A stretch of 64,000 bases of DNA from Parcubacteria group bacterium (GCA_943358385.1 CALRGX010000003.1:2771-66770); one strand, 5' to 3'. Shown: positions 1 through 9,947, counted from the stretch's first letter. Program-made: numbers and translations. The notes: a model not told the origin generated them from the letters alone.

Positions 1-1
1 C

Positions 2-79
2 GTCGCACTGTTGCAGACGACCGCACTCATGTTCGCCAAGGAATTGGCGGCAGGAGAGGTGGTTGCAGAGCGTCGCTAA
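2..79 (+). CDS. 3' end of an upstream gene, partial, product unknown
   Basis: Open frame running from the window edge to TAA at 77-79, followed by a GC-rich hairpin terminator. Confidence 0.3.
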   Translation, partial: VALLQTTALMFAKELAAGEVVAERR

Positions 80-92
80 GCGACCAGAAAAA

Positions 93-126
93 GAGAGGCC
101 CGCGCAAAGCGCGGGCCTCTTCATAT
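93..126 (+). terminator. Rho-independent terminator
   Basis: Hairpin gaggcccgcgc-aaa-gcgcgggcctc followed by ttcatatatt. Confidence 0.6.
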
Positions 127-186
127 ATTGCTTTATTCAATTTACTGTGTTATAATTAAAAAAGAAGTTCTATAAAGGGGACGCTG

Positions 187-807
187 ATGAACATACGCAT
201 TACGTCGCGCGGCGCGGCGTGGGCAATACTGGCGGTGGCGCTTTTGTCATTTGGTGCGGTAGCGCTTCAAGGCGCATACATTCATCCGAAGCAAGAGACC
301 ACCCAGGTACGTCCTAAAAAATCCGCCGTGAAGGTCCCGACCCAGAAAAAGGTGGAGCCCGCGAAGCAGACACCTCCTGCGCCAACAGACATGGCAAAGG
401 AATTCGACTGCCTCGCGAAGAACATCTACTGGGAGGGGCACACGCAAGGCCTCAATGGTCAGCGTATGATCGGGTACGTGACGGTGAAGCGCAAAGGCGA
501 ACCGTCGTGGCCCAACACTATCTGCGGCGTCGTCCTTCAAAAGAGAGGGAAGACGGCGCAATTCAGCTGGACGATGCAGGTCTCGGCCAAACGCGCCCCA
601 CTCAATCGGGCGAAATGGCTGATCGCACGGGAAGTGGCGCGCGAAGTACTTGCCGGCTGGCAACCAACTAACCCCAAGTTTCGCTGCGCTCGTTTCTATA
701 AGCGCGACGACAACAAGGGAGTATCGCAGAAGAACGCTGACTGGTTCGATCGTGCGCTCCGCAAGGTGGGCACCGTTGAAGATCATGCGTACTACTGCGC
801 AACCTAA
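187..807 (+). CDS. SleB/CwlJ-like cell wall hydrolase with N-terminal signal/TM
   Basis: Motifs NIYWEGHTQGLNGQRMIGYVTVKR and PNTICGVVLQ...QFSW typical of Hydrolase_2 (SleB) domains. N-terminal hydrophobic segment. AAGGGG RBS before the ATG. Confidence 0.65.
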   Translation: MNIRITSRGAAWAILAVALLSFGAVALQGAYIHPKQETTQVRPKKSAVKVPTQKKVEPAKQTPPAPTDMAKEFDCLAKNIYWEGHTQGLNGQRMIGYVTVKRKGEPSWPNTICGVVLQKRGKTAQFSWTMQVSAKRAPLNRAKWLIAREVAREVLAGWQPTNPKFRCARFYKRDDNKGVSQKNADWFDRALRKVGTVEDHAYYCAT

Positions 808-863
808 TACGGAGGGGCCACCATGTGGCCCCTCCTACTTTTTTCATACGATATACTTGATGT

Positions 864-1532
864 ATGCCCTGGGATTCTTTGCACCACGCCTATCTCCTCA
901 CGGGGAGCGATGACGCATATGTGCAGGCGTTGAATTTTCTCTCTGCACATCAGATTACCGTTTCAGGATCCGCTGATGTCTTATATCGCGCCTACGATCG
1001 TTTGGGTATCGATGATGTCGTGCAGATTGTTGAGCGTTCGATAACGCGCCCCGTTGATCTGCCGCGGCGCGTCGTCATCCTCAGTTTTGCCGACGCGACC
1101 ACTGAAGCGCAAAATGCACTTTTGAAAATTTTGGAAGAGCCACCTGCGCCGAGTGTTTTTTTCATCATTACCCCGTCGCCACATGCGCTCCTTTCCACAC
1201 TTCGTTCGCGATTATCAGAAGTCGCTGGAGCGGCAGCAGTACCGATTTCAAACGACGCAAAGCAGTTTGCTGGGGCCAGTGTAGAAATGCGCCTGGAGAC
1301 CATCAAAGAAATGCTGGCAACTAAAGAAGATGACGACGTGCGCACACTCATGAATATCACCACGCTGCTGAATGGAGTGGAGCAGGTAATTGCATCCCAG
1401 CTCACAGAACCGTCGATGCGTCATGGATTGCGTTCCCTCTATGCTGCGAAGCGAGCGCTCACCACACCGGGGGCAGCACTCAAGCCAATGTTGGAGCAGT
1501 TGGCCATACTTTTACCTCGCCTGGGGGCGTAG
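864..1532 (+). CDS. holB: DNA polymerase III delta-prime-like subunit (short form)
   Basis: HAYLLTG N-terminus, ILEEPP box and TLRSR motif characteristic of HolB/clamp-loader delta-prime. Start is uncertain. Confidence 0.55.
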   Translation: MPWDSLHHAYLLTGSDDAYVQALNFLSAHQITVSGSADVLYRAYDRLGIDDVVQIVERSITRPVDLPRRVVILSFADATTEAQNALLKILEEPPAPSVFFIITPSPHALLSTLRSRLSEVAGAAAVPISNDAKQFAGASVEMRLETIKEMLATKEDDDVRTLMNITTLLNGVEQVIASQLTEPSMRHGLRSLYAAKRALTTPGAALKPMLEQLAILLPRLGA

Positions 1533-1546
1533 TATGATGCAGCTAT

Positions 1547-2098
1547 ATGGCATACGATTTTAAACAATTAGATAGCAAGTTGGTGGGGACCAAGGAATGG
1601 CTCGCGAGCGAGTATCAAAGTTTGCGTACCGGGCGTGCAGCACCTTCGCTTCTTGATGGGGTACATGTAGAAGCGTACGGCTCACGAACACCGTTGAAGC
1701 AGGTGGCCAACGTGGGCGTAGAAGATCCGCGCACCTTGGCGGTGAGCCCCTTTGATCCGGGGCTTTTGAAGGACGTTGAGCGTGCGATTACAGCGGCGAA
1801 CCTGGGGGTGGGAACCTCAGTGAATGGGCAGATCATCCGCGTGTCGTTTCCTGAACTGACGACCGAGCGCCGCACGGAACTGGTGAAGGTAGCCAAGGCA
1901 AAACTCGAAGACTCGCGTGTCGCTGTGCGTGGTATCAGAAATGAAGTCAGCGACGACATCGAGGCGAAAGAGAAGGCGGGTGAGATAAGTGAAGACGAGA
2001 AATTCAAGCTAAAAGAGGACATGCAAAAAAAGATTGATGTGGCGAATCAAGGGCTTGAGCAGCTGTTCAAGCGCAAGGAAGACGAGATGATGCTGTAA
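1547..2098 (+). CDS. frr: Ribosome recycling factor
   Basis: 183 aa. Full-length RRF-like sequence (VHVEAYGSRTPLKQVANV...RNEVSD). Confidence 0.93.
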   Translation: MAYDFKQLDSKLVGTKEWLASEYQSLRTGRAAPSLLDGVHVEAYGSRTPLKQVANVGVEDPRTLAVSPFDPGLLKDVERAITAANLGVGTSVNGQIIRVSFPELTTERRTELVKVAKAKLEDSRVAVRGIRNEVSDDIEAKEKAGEISEDEKFKLKEDMQKKIDVANQGLEQLFKRKEDEMML

Positions 2099-2189
2099 AA
2101 ATATCTCAGATTTCACCTATGAGATCTCAAAAATGAATCCTCATCCACCATTCTGTTTTTTTTAATTCTAATTTCTAATTTATCTGCTC

Positions 2190-3281
2190 ATGTCTGCACT
2201 CATACTTATAGCAATCCTCGTGGTCCTCATCGTGGCGCACGAATTCGGGCACTTCATTGCGGCAAAACTCTCGGGTGTTCGCGTGGAAGAATTTGGTGTG
2301 GGGTATCCACCGCGTGCGCTTACCCTGGCGACTATTCGTGGCACCGAGTACACGCTCAACTGGCTGCCTTTTGGAGGATTTGTACGCTTGCTTGAAGAGG
2401 ACGGCATGGAGCTTGATCCACGTGCAGCAAAGCGCGCCGGCAGTTTTGCGGCCGCACCGCGCTGGAAGCAGGCGGTGATTCTTGCGGCAGGAGTTTTTTG
2501 TAATGTGCTGGCAGGCTGGCTCTTGTTTGCGGGAGCATTGACGGTGGGTTTGCCGGCGGCAGTGGCACCTGAAACAGAAGGCGCGCAGCTGATCATTAGT
2601 GGCGTGATGCCAGGCTCTCCTGCAGATGTAGGCGGACTGCGTGGTGGCGATGTGCTTTTGCAAGTCTCCCAAGGAGGCGCTCGTGCGACTCTTGATCCCG
2701 AAGGAGTGTCGACATTTATTGGTGCGCGCGGCGGTAAAGAAATCTCATTTCAAATTGAACGAGCTGATGTGGTGGAAGAGTATGCAGTACAGCCAGCCCA
2801 TGCGGTCATCCCAGGGGATGCATCAAAACCAGCAGTAGGCGTGGAATTGGCGATGGTTGCATACACCAAACTGCCGTTTGGTGAGGCGCTTGTTGAGGCA
2901 GCAGAAAATACGTGGAGCTCGCTCAAAAGTATTGTCGTTGGTTTGGGCACCCTGATTCGAGATGCATTTAATGCGGAAGCAAAATTGAATACGCTGGTGG
3001 GTCCGGTTGGGCTGACTTCAATTGTGGGCGATGCGGCGGGGCAAGGTATTGGACAAATTCTCGCCCTGGCTGCGTTCATTTCGCTTAACCTTGCAGTCAT
3101 CAACCTGTTGCCGATTCCAGCTCTTGATGGTGGAAGGCTTGTATTTGTGGGCATCGAAACGATCATTCGTCGTCGCATTCCGACGATTGTTTCGCAAATT
3201 CTCAACACCGTTGGTTTCTTGGCCATCGTACTTTTGATGGTGGCGATTACGGTCCAGGATGTGGCGAAGTTGGTTGGGTAG
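2190..3281 (+). CDS. rseP: Site-2 protease RseP (M50 zinc metalloprotease with PDZ domain)
   Basis: HEFGH zinc motif in the first TM helix, a PDZ-like central region and a C-terminal LDGG motif. Confidence 0.9.
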   Translation: MSALILIAILVVLIVAHEFGHFIAAKLSGVRVEEFGVGYPPRALTLATIRGTEYTLNWLPFGGFVRLLEEDGMELDPRAAKRAGSFAAAPRWKQAVILAAGVFCNVLAGWLLFAGALTVGLPAAVAPETEGAQLIISGVMPGSPADVGGLRGGDVLLQVSQGGARATLDPEGVSTFIGARGGKEISFQIERADVVEEYAVQPAHAVIPGDASKPAVGVELAMVAYTKLPFGEALVEAAENTWSSLKSIVVGLGTLIRDAFNAEAKLNTLVGPVGLTSIVGDAAGQGIGQILALAAFISLNLAVINLLPIPALDGGRLVFVGIETIIRRRIPTIVSQILNTVGFLAIVLLMVAITVQDVAKLVG

Positions 3282-3286
3282 GAGAA

Positions 3287-3400
3287 GGTACAAGGGAGAA
3301 GTAAGTAGGGTCTAGGAAAGGCGGAAAGAAAGCAGGGGAAAAGTGCGAGGTGGAAGGTGGCAGGAAAAGCAGAGGCAAAAAACAAAATCCAAGACAGAAG
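3287..3400 (+). repeat. Purine-rich intergenic repeat (family member E)
   Basis: Begins acaagggagaagtaagtagggtctagg and ends gtgcgaggtggaaggtggcagg. Homologous to the reverse complement of 10000-10140 and to copies at 30003, 43333 and 57333. Confidence 0.6.
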
Positions 3401-3404
3401 TAGA

Positions 3405-3440
3405 TACAGAAAGCGGGCGCCGTAGGCGCCCGCTTCGGGT
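3405..3440. terminator. GC hairpin between convergent genes (bidirectional terminator candidate)
   Basis: agcgggcgcc-gta-ggcgcccgct with a T-rich run on the minus side. Confidence 0.45.
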
Positions 3441-3441
3441 T

Positions 3442-3834
3442 TCAAAAGGGAAGCAGTGGCTGAACAAGAAATGCTTCCTTTGTAGAGAGTACGTGTCCAA
3501 TGCCCCGATACTCGAGCAGCTGAATTTCGTAGTTGCCGCAGGTGCAGAACACGTCTTCGAGTATGTCGGTAGGAACCTGAGCCGTGAACAGAAGCGCACG
3601 TGTGCGTCCATGTTCCCGTGCAGGCAAGGACACTGGTTTTGCAAACTGCCAATGTTCTCGCCCCGCTTCCAAACCGAAGTGAGTTCGTGCGGCGGACGCC
3701 ACTACCGATTCATCAAGAACCGTGCTGGCATCGAATACGAGCCGCGGCACGCGCCATGATGCGTGTTCGACACACTTGCGGACGACCAGTAGTTCATCTG
3801 TACTGTGGATGCAGGCGACCACGATTTGCGTCAT
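3442..3834 (-). CDS. Hypothetical protein, possible PIN-like/Mut7-C-like fold
   Basis: ORF with internal Met start MTQIVVAC. No confident motif. Located between rseP and proS on the opposite strand. Confidence 0.3.
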   Translation of the reverse strand: MTQIVVACIHSTDELLVVRKCVEHASWRVPRLVFDASTVLDESVVASAARTHFGLEAGREHWQFAKPVSLPAREHGRTRALLFTAQVPTDILEDVFCTCGNYEIQLLEYRGIGHVLSTKEAFLVQPLLPF

Positions 3835-3917
3835 GGATATCTCCCAAATGAGCCATGTGCACAATCCCACGCGCAACATACATAGTCAATTTTGGTCTTT
3901 TCGAAAAGGGGCGTACA

Positions 3918-5177
3918 ATGAGTAAAAATATGAAGCAAACACAGCTCTTCACCAAAACAAGAAAAGACGCGCCAGCCGACGAAGTGGCCAAGAACGCGCA
4001 GCTCTTGATTCGCGCAGGATACATTCACAAAGAGATGGCCGGTGTCTATTCATACCTGCCATTGGGTTTGCGCGTGCTCAAGAAAATCGAGCAGGTCATC
4101 CGTGAAGAAATGAATAAGATTAACGGGCAGGAATTGTTTCTTTCTTCGCTTCATCCGAAAGAACGCTGGGAGGCAACCGGACGCTGGGACAGCCTGGACG
4201 TACTGTTTAAACTGAAGGACACGCTTGATCGTGAGTACGCGCTCGGTGCAACGCACGAGGAAATCATTACGCCGCTCGCGCAAGAGTACATTTCATCATA
4301 TCGCGACCTACCTTTCGCGGCGTATCAATTTCAAAATAAGTTCCGTGCTGAAGTCCGTTCGAAATCAGGCATCATGCGTGGACGCGAATTTATCATGAAA
4401 GATTTGTACTCGTTCCACGTGTCGCAGGAAGATCTCGATCAGTACTACGAGCGGGCGGTTGCGGCATACTTGCGCGTATTTGAGCGCTGTGGGCTCGGTG
4501 CACAGACATACCTTACCTATGCCAGTGGCGGTACCTTTTCAAAATACAGTCACGAATTTCAAACGCTTACTGATGCGGGGGAAGATATCATTCATCTCTG
4601 TGATACCTGCAAAGTGGCGGTAAACGAAGAAATTATTGCCGAGCAACCTGCTTGTCCGAAATGTGGCGGTGCACTTACCCCTCAAAAAGCAGCCGAGACG
4701 GGGAACATTTTCAAGCTCGGTACCAAATACTCGGCAGCCTTTAACCTCACCTTTAAAGACGCGGAAGGAAAAGAACAGCCGGTCATTATGGGTTGCTATG
4801 GGATTGGCCTGGGGCGCTTGATGGGTACTGCAGTAGAAGTGCTCTCCGATACAAAAGGAATTGTGTGGCCTCGCGAAATCGCGCCGTTTAAAGTGCACCT
4901 CATTTCGATTGCCGGTAAATCAGACGAAGCCATCAAAGAAGCAACGCGCGTATACGATGATCTGATTGAACACGGTGTGGAAGTCCTGTGGGATGATCGC
5001 GATGCACGCGCAGGAGAAAAATTCGCTGATGCTGATCTGATTGGTATCCCTTTGCGTCTGGTCGTGTCGGAACGCTCTATTGCCGAGGGTGGGTATGAAC
5101 TTACTGAGCGGAAAACAGGGCAGAGTAAATTGGTGCCCGAGAGTATGCTCCTGCAGACACTGAAATCAAACGTATGA
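3918..5177 (+). CDS. proS: Prolyl-tRNA synthetase (short form lacking an editing insertion)
   Basis: Class II aaRS motifs and a ProRS-like anticodon-binding C-terminus. ATG at 3918 (MSKNMKQTQLF). Confidence 0.92.
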   Translation: MSKNMKQTQLFTKTRKDAPADEVAKNAQLLIRAGYIHKEMAGVYSYLPLGLRVLKKIEQVIREEMNKINGQELFLSSLHPKERWEATGRWDSLDVLFKLKDTLDREYALGATHEEIITPLAQEYISSYRDLPFAAYQFQNKFRAEVRSKSGIMRGREFIMKDLYSFHVSQEDLDQYYERAVAAYLRVFERCGLGAQTYLTYASGGTFSKYSHEFQTLTDAGEDIIHLCDTCKVAVNEEIIAEQPACPKCGGALTPQKAAETGNIFKLGTKYSAAFNLTFKDAEGKEQPVIMGCYGIGLGRLMGTAVEVLSDTKGIVWPREIAPFKVHLISIAGKSDEAIKEATRVYDDLIEHGVEVLWDDRDARAGEKFADADLIGIPLRLVVSERSIAEGGYELTERKTGQSKLVPESMLLQTLKSNV

Positions 5178-6253
5178 GTACGGAGAACTCATTCACACAA
5201 TTTAAAGACCGCTTTCTCTCGCGTTTTTCAAACGACATCGGCATCGATTTAGGGACGGCTAATACACTGGTGTATGTGAAGGGGCGCGGCGTGGTGGTCA
5301 ATGAACCATCGATTGTCGCCATGAACCAGAAGACGGGGCAAGTGGTTGCCGTGGGGCAGCAGGCGCGCGACATGCTGGGCCGTACTCCTTCACACATTGT
5401 TGCGGTAAAGCCACTCGTCGACGGAGTGATTTCTGATTTCGAAGTGACCGAAGAGATGCTCTCGTACTTGATCAGCAAGGCACAGGGGCCGCACACGAAA
5501 TTTCTCGGGCCGCGCGTGGTGGTGGGGGTGCCTTCGGGCATCACCTCGGTAGAGGTGAGAGCCGTGCGTGACGCAGCTCGCAATGCAGGTGCGCGCGAGG
5601 TGCACATTATAGAGGAGCCACTTGCCGCAGCAATCGGGATTGGGCTCCCAGTACATGCCGCAACAGGAAGTATGATTATCGATATTGGCGGTGGCACCAC
5701 CGATATTGGAGTGGTATCACTCGGCGGCCTGGTGAGTGCACGCAATGTGCGCATCGCAGGGGAAAAGCTCAACACCGACATCATTTCATACATACGCAAT
5801 GAATTTAAAATATTGGTAGGCGAAAAAAGCGCCGAGGAACTGAAGATTGCTGTTTCATCGGTGTCGCTCAAGGATGCTCCGCTCGAAGCAATTATCCGCG
5901 GGCGTGACCTCATCACTGGCTTGCCGCGTGAAGTGATGGTGACGGACTCGGATGTGAGGAACGCTATCGGTCACTCTATCGAAGAGCTGATTGATGCGGT
6001 GAAAGAGGTCCTGGAGACGACGCCGCCAGAGGTCCTCGCAGATGTCATGCAGCGCGGTGTGTTTCTTGCGGGCGGTGGCGCGCTTATTCGCGGGTTGCCA
6101 GAATTACTTGCTGAATCGATTGGGATGCCGGTCAAGGTTGCCCCCGATCCTTTAACTGCAGTGGTGCGTGGTACGGGCATGGTCTTAGACGACATTGATG
6201 CATATCGCGAAACACTCCTTACCTCCGATGATGAACTCGCGCCGAAACAGTAA
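5174..6253 (+). CDS. mreB: Rod shape-determining protein MreB
   Basis: IGIDLGTANTLVYV and actin-fold motifs. 359 aa. Confidence 0.95.
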   Translation: MSTENSFTQFKDRFLSRFSNDIGIDLGTANTLVYVKGRGVVVNEPSIVAMNQKTGQVVAVGQQARDMLGRTPSHIVAVKPLVDGVISDFEVTEEMLSYLISKAQGPHTKFLGPRVVVGVPSGITSVEVRAVRDAARNAGAREVHIIEEPLAAAIGIGLPVHAATGSMIIDIGGGTTDIGVVSLGGLVSARNVRIAGEKLNTDIISYIRNEFKILVGEKSAEELKIAVSSVSLKDAPLEAIIRGRDLITGLPREVMVTDSDVRNAIGHSIEELIDAVKEVLETTPPEVLADVMQRGVFLAGGGALIRGLPELLAESIGMPVKVAPDPLTAVVRGTGMVLDDIDAYRETLLTSDDELAPKQ

Positions 6254-7031
6254 TAGCAGCAAAGTACGCTTGGGCATGTTTGCGCTGGTGCTCGTGGCGG
6301 TGCTCTTTTTTGCTACCGAGTATTTTTCGGGTGGCGCGATTCGCGCAGGTGCCCGTGATGTGGCGGCGGTCGTGTGGGGCACGTCGCGCAGCACCTACGA
6401 CACCACGGGAGCAAGTGGTTTTTTCAAATCTAAAGTGGTGTTGGCAAAAGAGAATCAAGCACTCCGAAAGGAGCGCGACGCACTTTTAACGATGCAGTTT
6501 CAAAACGATGTACTCCGCTCTGAAAATGCGTCTCTGCGCGCATTTCTGAATGCACATGAAGCACATCCTGACGGCATCGTGGCAGCAGTTTTGTCGCGCC
6601 CTGGTATTTCTCCGTACGATACGTTTGTGATTGGCATGGGTGAGGGCGATGGAGTGACGGTGGGCGATTGGGTATTGGTTGCACCGGGATTGGTGATTGG
6701 AGAAATCAAAGAGGTAGGGGCACAAACTGCATTGGTGTCACTTTTTTCAGCACCAGGGTATGCGAAAGAAGTACTGTTGCGTGAAGCACTGTTGACCTAC
6801 ACCGGTCAAGGGAGTGGCGGCGGTGTGGTGCAGGCTCCACGTGACTTAGAGGTGCAAGTGGGGGACCTCATCTATCTCGCGAATAGCGGGCTCTCACTCG
6901 GTGTGGTGGGTCACGTCTCTGCCAAACCAGAAGACGCCTATCACGAAGTATTGATTGCGCCCCCGGCAAATCTTCCGGCCCTCCGCTTTGTCGAGGTGGT
7001 ACACCCGCAGGTGGCGGCAGTGCAAGAGTAG
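6228..7031 (+). CDS. mreC: Rod shape-determining protein MreC
   Basis: Follows mreB. N-terminal TM then a coiled-coil (LAKENQALRKERDALL) and a beta-rich C-terminal domain. Start is ambiguous (6228 or 6276). Confidence 0.8.
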   Translation: MMNSRRNSNSSKVRLGMFALVLVAVLFFATEYFSGGAIRAGARDVAAVVWGTSRSTYDTTGASGFFKSKVVLAKENQALRKERDALLTMQFQNDVLRSENASLRAFLNAHEAHPDGIVAAVLSRPGISPYDTFVIGMGEGDGVTVGDWVLVAPGLVIGEIKEVGAQTALVSLFSAPGYAKEVLLREALLTYTGQGSGGGVVQAPRDLEVQVGDLIYLANSGLSLGVVGHVSAKPEDAYHEVLIAPPANLPALRFVEVVHPQVAAVQE

Positions 7032-7038
7032 CGTCTGT

Positions 7039-7293
7039 ATGATACGCGCGTTTATTTCCGGAGTTGCCATGGCGAGCGTCTTTTTTGCTCCCGCATGGGT
7101 GCCACTTTTGACGGTGGGAATGTTGGCGCTGCGGTTTGCGGCATGGGAAGCAGTGTTGGTTGGTTTTCTGGTAGACCTGCTCTACGCACCTGGTGGTTTT
7201 TTCTGGGGCATTCCGATGCCTGCAACGCTTTTGATGCTGGTGGTGGTCATCGCGCTCTACCCATGGCGCACACAGTTGGCTGTCAGCCGCTGA
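7039..7293 (+). CDS. mreD: MreD-like small membrane protein
   Basis: 84-aa polytopic hydrophobic ORF immediately downstream of mreC, by position and topology. Confidence 0.45.
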   Translation: MIRAFISGVAMASVFFAPAWVPLLTVGMLALRFAAWEAVLVGFLVDLLYAPGGFFWGIPMPATLLMLVVVIALYPWRTQLAVSR

Positions 7294-7349
7294 TTCGCCA
7301 TTATGCCTTCATATTTCCATAGCGAACGGTCGACGGGTATACTCTCTTC

Positions 7350-9011
7350 ATGGCACGCTTTCGACAAGCGATGATTGATCCAGAAAATATTTTTCTGGAT
7401 TCACAAAACATGGCAGAGTTCGACACGGCCCATTTTGAAGGGCGTGTTGAAAAGCCAGTCGCTCCTTCGGCGCTCTACGCGATCGGTGTGGTGTTTTTGA
7501 TTGCGGCGGCGCTCTTTTTGTACAAGATGTTTGATTTGCAAATTGTACAGGGTGCACAATACGCGCTCGCGGCGCAGGAAAATACACTCGCATACTCACT
7601 GGTGTTTGCGGAGCGTGGCATTTTGTACGACCGCACGGGGAAGGAATTGGCATGGAACGAGCCTGGTGAATATTTTGCGCGTCGCGCGTACAGCCTGCTC
7701 CCCGGGTTGGCGCATGTATTGGGGTATGTGCAGTATCCAAAGGCTGATGGTTCTGGTTTGTGGTGGCGCACCGAATATGCGGGCATCGCGGGTGCGGAAA
7801 AGGCCTTCGACCGTGAGCTCTCGGGTATCAATGGAAAAGAAATGGTGGAGGTGGACGCACATGGTGCGGTTGCACGGGGGCACGTGGTGGAACAACCCCA
7901 AGACGGTCAATCACTTCGCTTGAGTATCGACGCAGAGGTACAAAGCAAGTTACATACGACCATGGCTGCGCACGCGGCCAACAATCGCTTTCAAGGAGGG
8001 GCAGCAGTCATCATGGATGTGCGCACCGGCGAACTTTTAGCGCTCACTAGTTTTCCTGAGTTTACCCCGCAGCCGCTCGTTGATGGTGATTCCGAGAAAG
8101 TCGCTGCCTTTGCGAATGACCCGGCGAAGCCTTTTCTTGACCGTGCCATTTCCGGCGTATATACACCAGGCTCGATTGTGAAGCCACTCTTTGCTGCCGC
8201 CGCGCTGGCTGAAGGCATCATTTCACCAGACAAATCAATTTTTAGCCCAGGCTATATCACTATCCCGAACCCATACCATCCAGAGTTACCAACGATTATG
8301 AAAGACTGGCGGGCGCACGGATGGACCACGATGCGCAAAGCAATCGAGGTATCGTCTGACGTGTATTTTTACTCGATTGGCGGTGGGTACGAAGATCAAA
8401 AAGGGCTCGGCATCACCAAGCTTGATGAATACGCGCTCCGTTTTGGACTGGGAAAAGAAACAGGCGTTCCGCTTGAAGGGGAGGTGGTGGGCACTATCCC
8501 TACGCCTGCATGGAAGAAGGAAATTTTTGGTGCTGATGAAGAATGGCGCCTAGGAGATACGTACAACACATCGATTGGGCAGTATGGATTTCAGGTGACG
8601 CCCATTCAAATGGCGCGTGCAATCGCCTCTATTGCCAATGGTGGGACGTTACTCACGCCGCAGCTGCATGCCAGCTCCACTGCGCAAGGAACTGATATTG
8701 GCATCGATGCTGCGCAACTGAAAATAATTCGTGAAGGCATGCGCCAGGCGGTTGCCGGTGACGCCGGGACTGCACGTGCGCTGAATATATCTGGTATACA
8801 CATCGCCGGTAAAACAGGTACCGCTGAATTGGGAAATCGGAAGCAGTACATGAACTCGTGGGTGGTGGGATTTTGGCCGATGGAAAATCCTCGCTACTCC
8901 TTTGCTGTGGTGTTGGAACACGCGCCTGCAGGCACGCTCTCAGGAGCTTCGCCCGGCATGCGTGGTTTTTTTGAGTGGCTCGTCGCCACAAAACCAGAGT
9001 ACGTGCAGTAA
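7350..9011 (+). CDS. mrdA: Penicillin-binding protein 2 (elongasome transpeptidase)
   Basis: SIVKP (SxxK), SDV (SxN-like) and KTGTA motifs. N-terminal TM. Directly downstream of mreBCD. Confidence 0.9.
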   Translation: MARFRQAMIDPENIFLDSQNMAEFDTAHFEGRVEKPVAPSALYAIGVVFLIAAALFLYKMFDLQIVQGAQYALAAQENTLAYSLVFAERGILYDRTGKELAWNEPGEYFARRAYSLLPGLAHVLGYVQYPKADGSGLWWRTEYAGIAGAEKAFDRELSGINGKEMVEVDAHGAVARGHVVEQPQDGQSLRLSIDAEVQSKLHTTMAAHAANNRFQGGAAVIMDVRTGELLALTSFPEFTPQPLVDGDSEKVAAFANDPAKPFLDRAISGVYTPGSIVKPLFAAAALAEGIISPDKSIFSPGYITIPNPYHPELPTIMKDWRAHGWTTMRKAIEVSSDVYFYSIGGGYEDQKGLGITKLDEYALRFGLGKETGVPLEGEVVGTIPTPAWKKEIFGADEEWRLGDTYNTSIGQYGFQVTPIQMARAIASIANGGTLLTPQLHASSTAQGTDIGIDAAQLKIIREGMRQAVAGDAGTARALNISGIHIAGKTGTAELGNRKQYMNSWVVGFWPMENPRYSFAVVLEHAPAGTLSGASPGMRGFFEWLVATKPEYVQ

Positions 9012-9097
9012 CGTGTTTTTCGCAAGACTCGTACGAGAGGGAAGCCAAGTCTGCACCTCCCGCTCGCGCACCTCTTCATGATGGGCGCAAAAATTGT

Positions 9098-9130
9098 CCA
9101 CTTTGCTTTTCCTGGGGACAGGGTACAATG
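9098..9130 (+). promoter_or_regulatory. Sigma70-like promoter upstream of greA
   Basis: TTGCTT-N17-TACAAT upstream of the greA ATG. Confidence 0.4.
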
Positions 9131-9144
9131 ACCCCCATAGCTCT

Positions 9145-9612
9145 ATGAATGAAAACAACAACTACCTGACTCAGGAAAAGTTCGATGAATTGACGGCGGA
9201 ACTTAACCATTTGAAAACGGTGCGCCGCAAAGAAATTGCAGAGCAGCTCGAATACGCACGGTCTCTCGGGGATCTCTCAGAAAATGCTGAATACCAGGAA
9301 GCGCGCAACTTGCAGGGCGCAACCGAAGACCGCGTACGTCAGCTCGAGGCAGCCCTTGCACACGTGCAGATTATCGAGCACGCTAAGAGCAGCAAAATCA
9401 CCTTGGGCAGTGTCGCCACCATCCAAAAGCAGGGCGAAAAGGAAGAGCACACATATGAAATTGTGGGATCGGCCGAAGCAAACATGCTGGAAAGAAAGAT
9501 TTCACACCTCTCACCGATGGGCGCAGCTTTGATGGGGAAGAAGAAGGGAGATTCTTTTGAGTTCGACACGCCGAAAGGGAAGCAAAAGTATAAAATCATT
9601 GCTCTGAAATAG
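9145..9612 (+). CDS. greA: Transcription elongation factor GreA
   Basis: N-terminal coiled-coil with DLSENAEY acidic-tip motif and a C-terminal FKBP-like domain. ATG at 9145. Confidence 0.9.
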   Translation: MNENNNYLTQEKFDELTAELNHLKTVRRKEIAEQLEYARSLGDLSENAEYQEARNLQGATEDRVRQLEAALAHVQIIEHAKSSKITLGSVATIQKQGEKEEHTYEIVGSAEANMLERKISHLSPMGAALMGKKKGDSFEFDTPKGKQKYKIIALK

Positions 9613-9628
9613 GTGTAACCTCGTACAT

Positions 9629-9668
9629 AAAAGCAAGCCCTCGCCATGCGAGGGTTTGCTTTTATGTG
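9629..9668 (+). terminator. Rho-independent terminator of greA
   Basis: aagcaagccctcgc-catg-cgagggtttgctt followed by ttatgtg. Confidence 0.65.
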
Positions 9669-9714
9669 AATATATAGTATAATACTGCTGGTTTCCTCAA
9701 CTTGGGAGTTCACG

Positions 9715-9924
9715 ATGACCATCGAAGGTCTGTGGATACTACGTGATGCAGTGAGCAAGGCGGGGCAAGTACTTGCCGCCGGGGCCATGGTTGCCTCGTT
9801 GGTGGTTCTGCCGCATGGTTTTGCAGCTTTGGGTCAGGCATGGGCGGATCTGCCCTGCTTCGCCTACCTGTGCCTCACCGTATCATGCCTCCTCTTCGAG
9901 GACTGCCTGAGACCGGTTGAATAA
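9715..9924 (+). CDS. Possible small hydrophobic protein (69 aa)
   Basis: GGGAG RBS 7 nt before the ATG. Hydrophobic product. Followed by two hairpins (9905-9934, 9948-9980). No similarity recognised. Confidence 0.3.
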   Translation: MTIEGLWILRDAVSKAGQVLAAGAMVASLVVLPHGFAALGQAWADLPCFAYLCLTVSCLLFEDCLRPVE

Positions 9925-9947
9925 CTTGTCTCAGGCCACCTATCTCT

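Noticed and set aside
2750-3652. 300-aa minus-strand ORF
   Set aside because: Antisense to rseP and the purine-rich repeat. Low-complexity product.
5101-5916. 271-aa minus-strand ORF
   Set aside because: Antisense to mreB. Shadow ORF.
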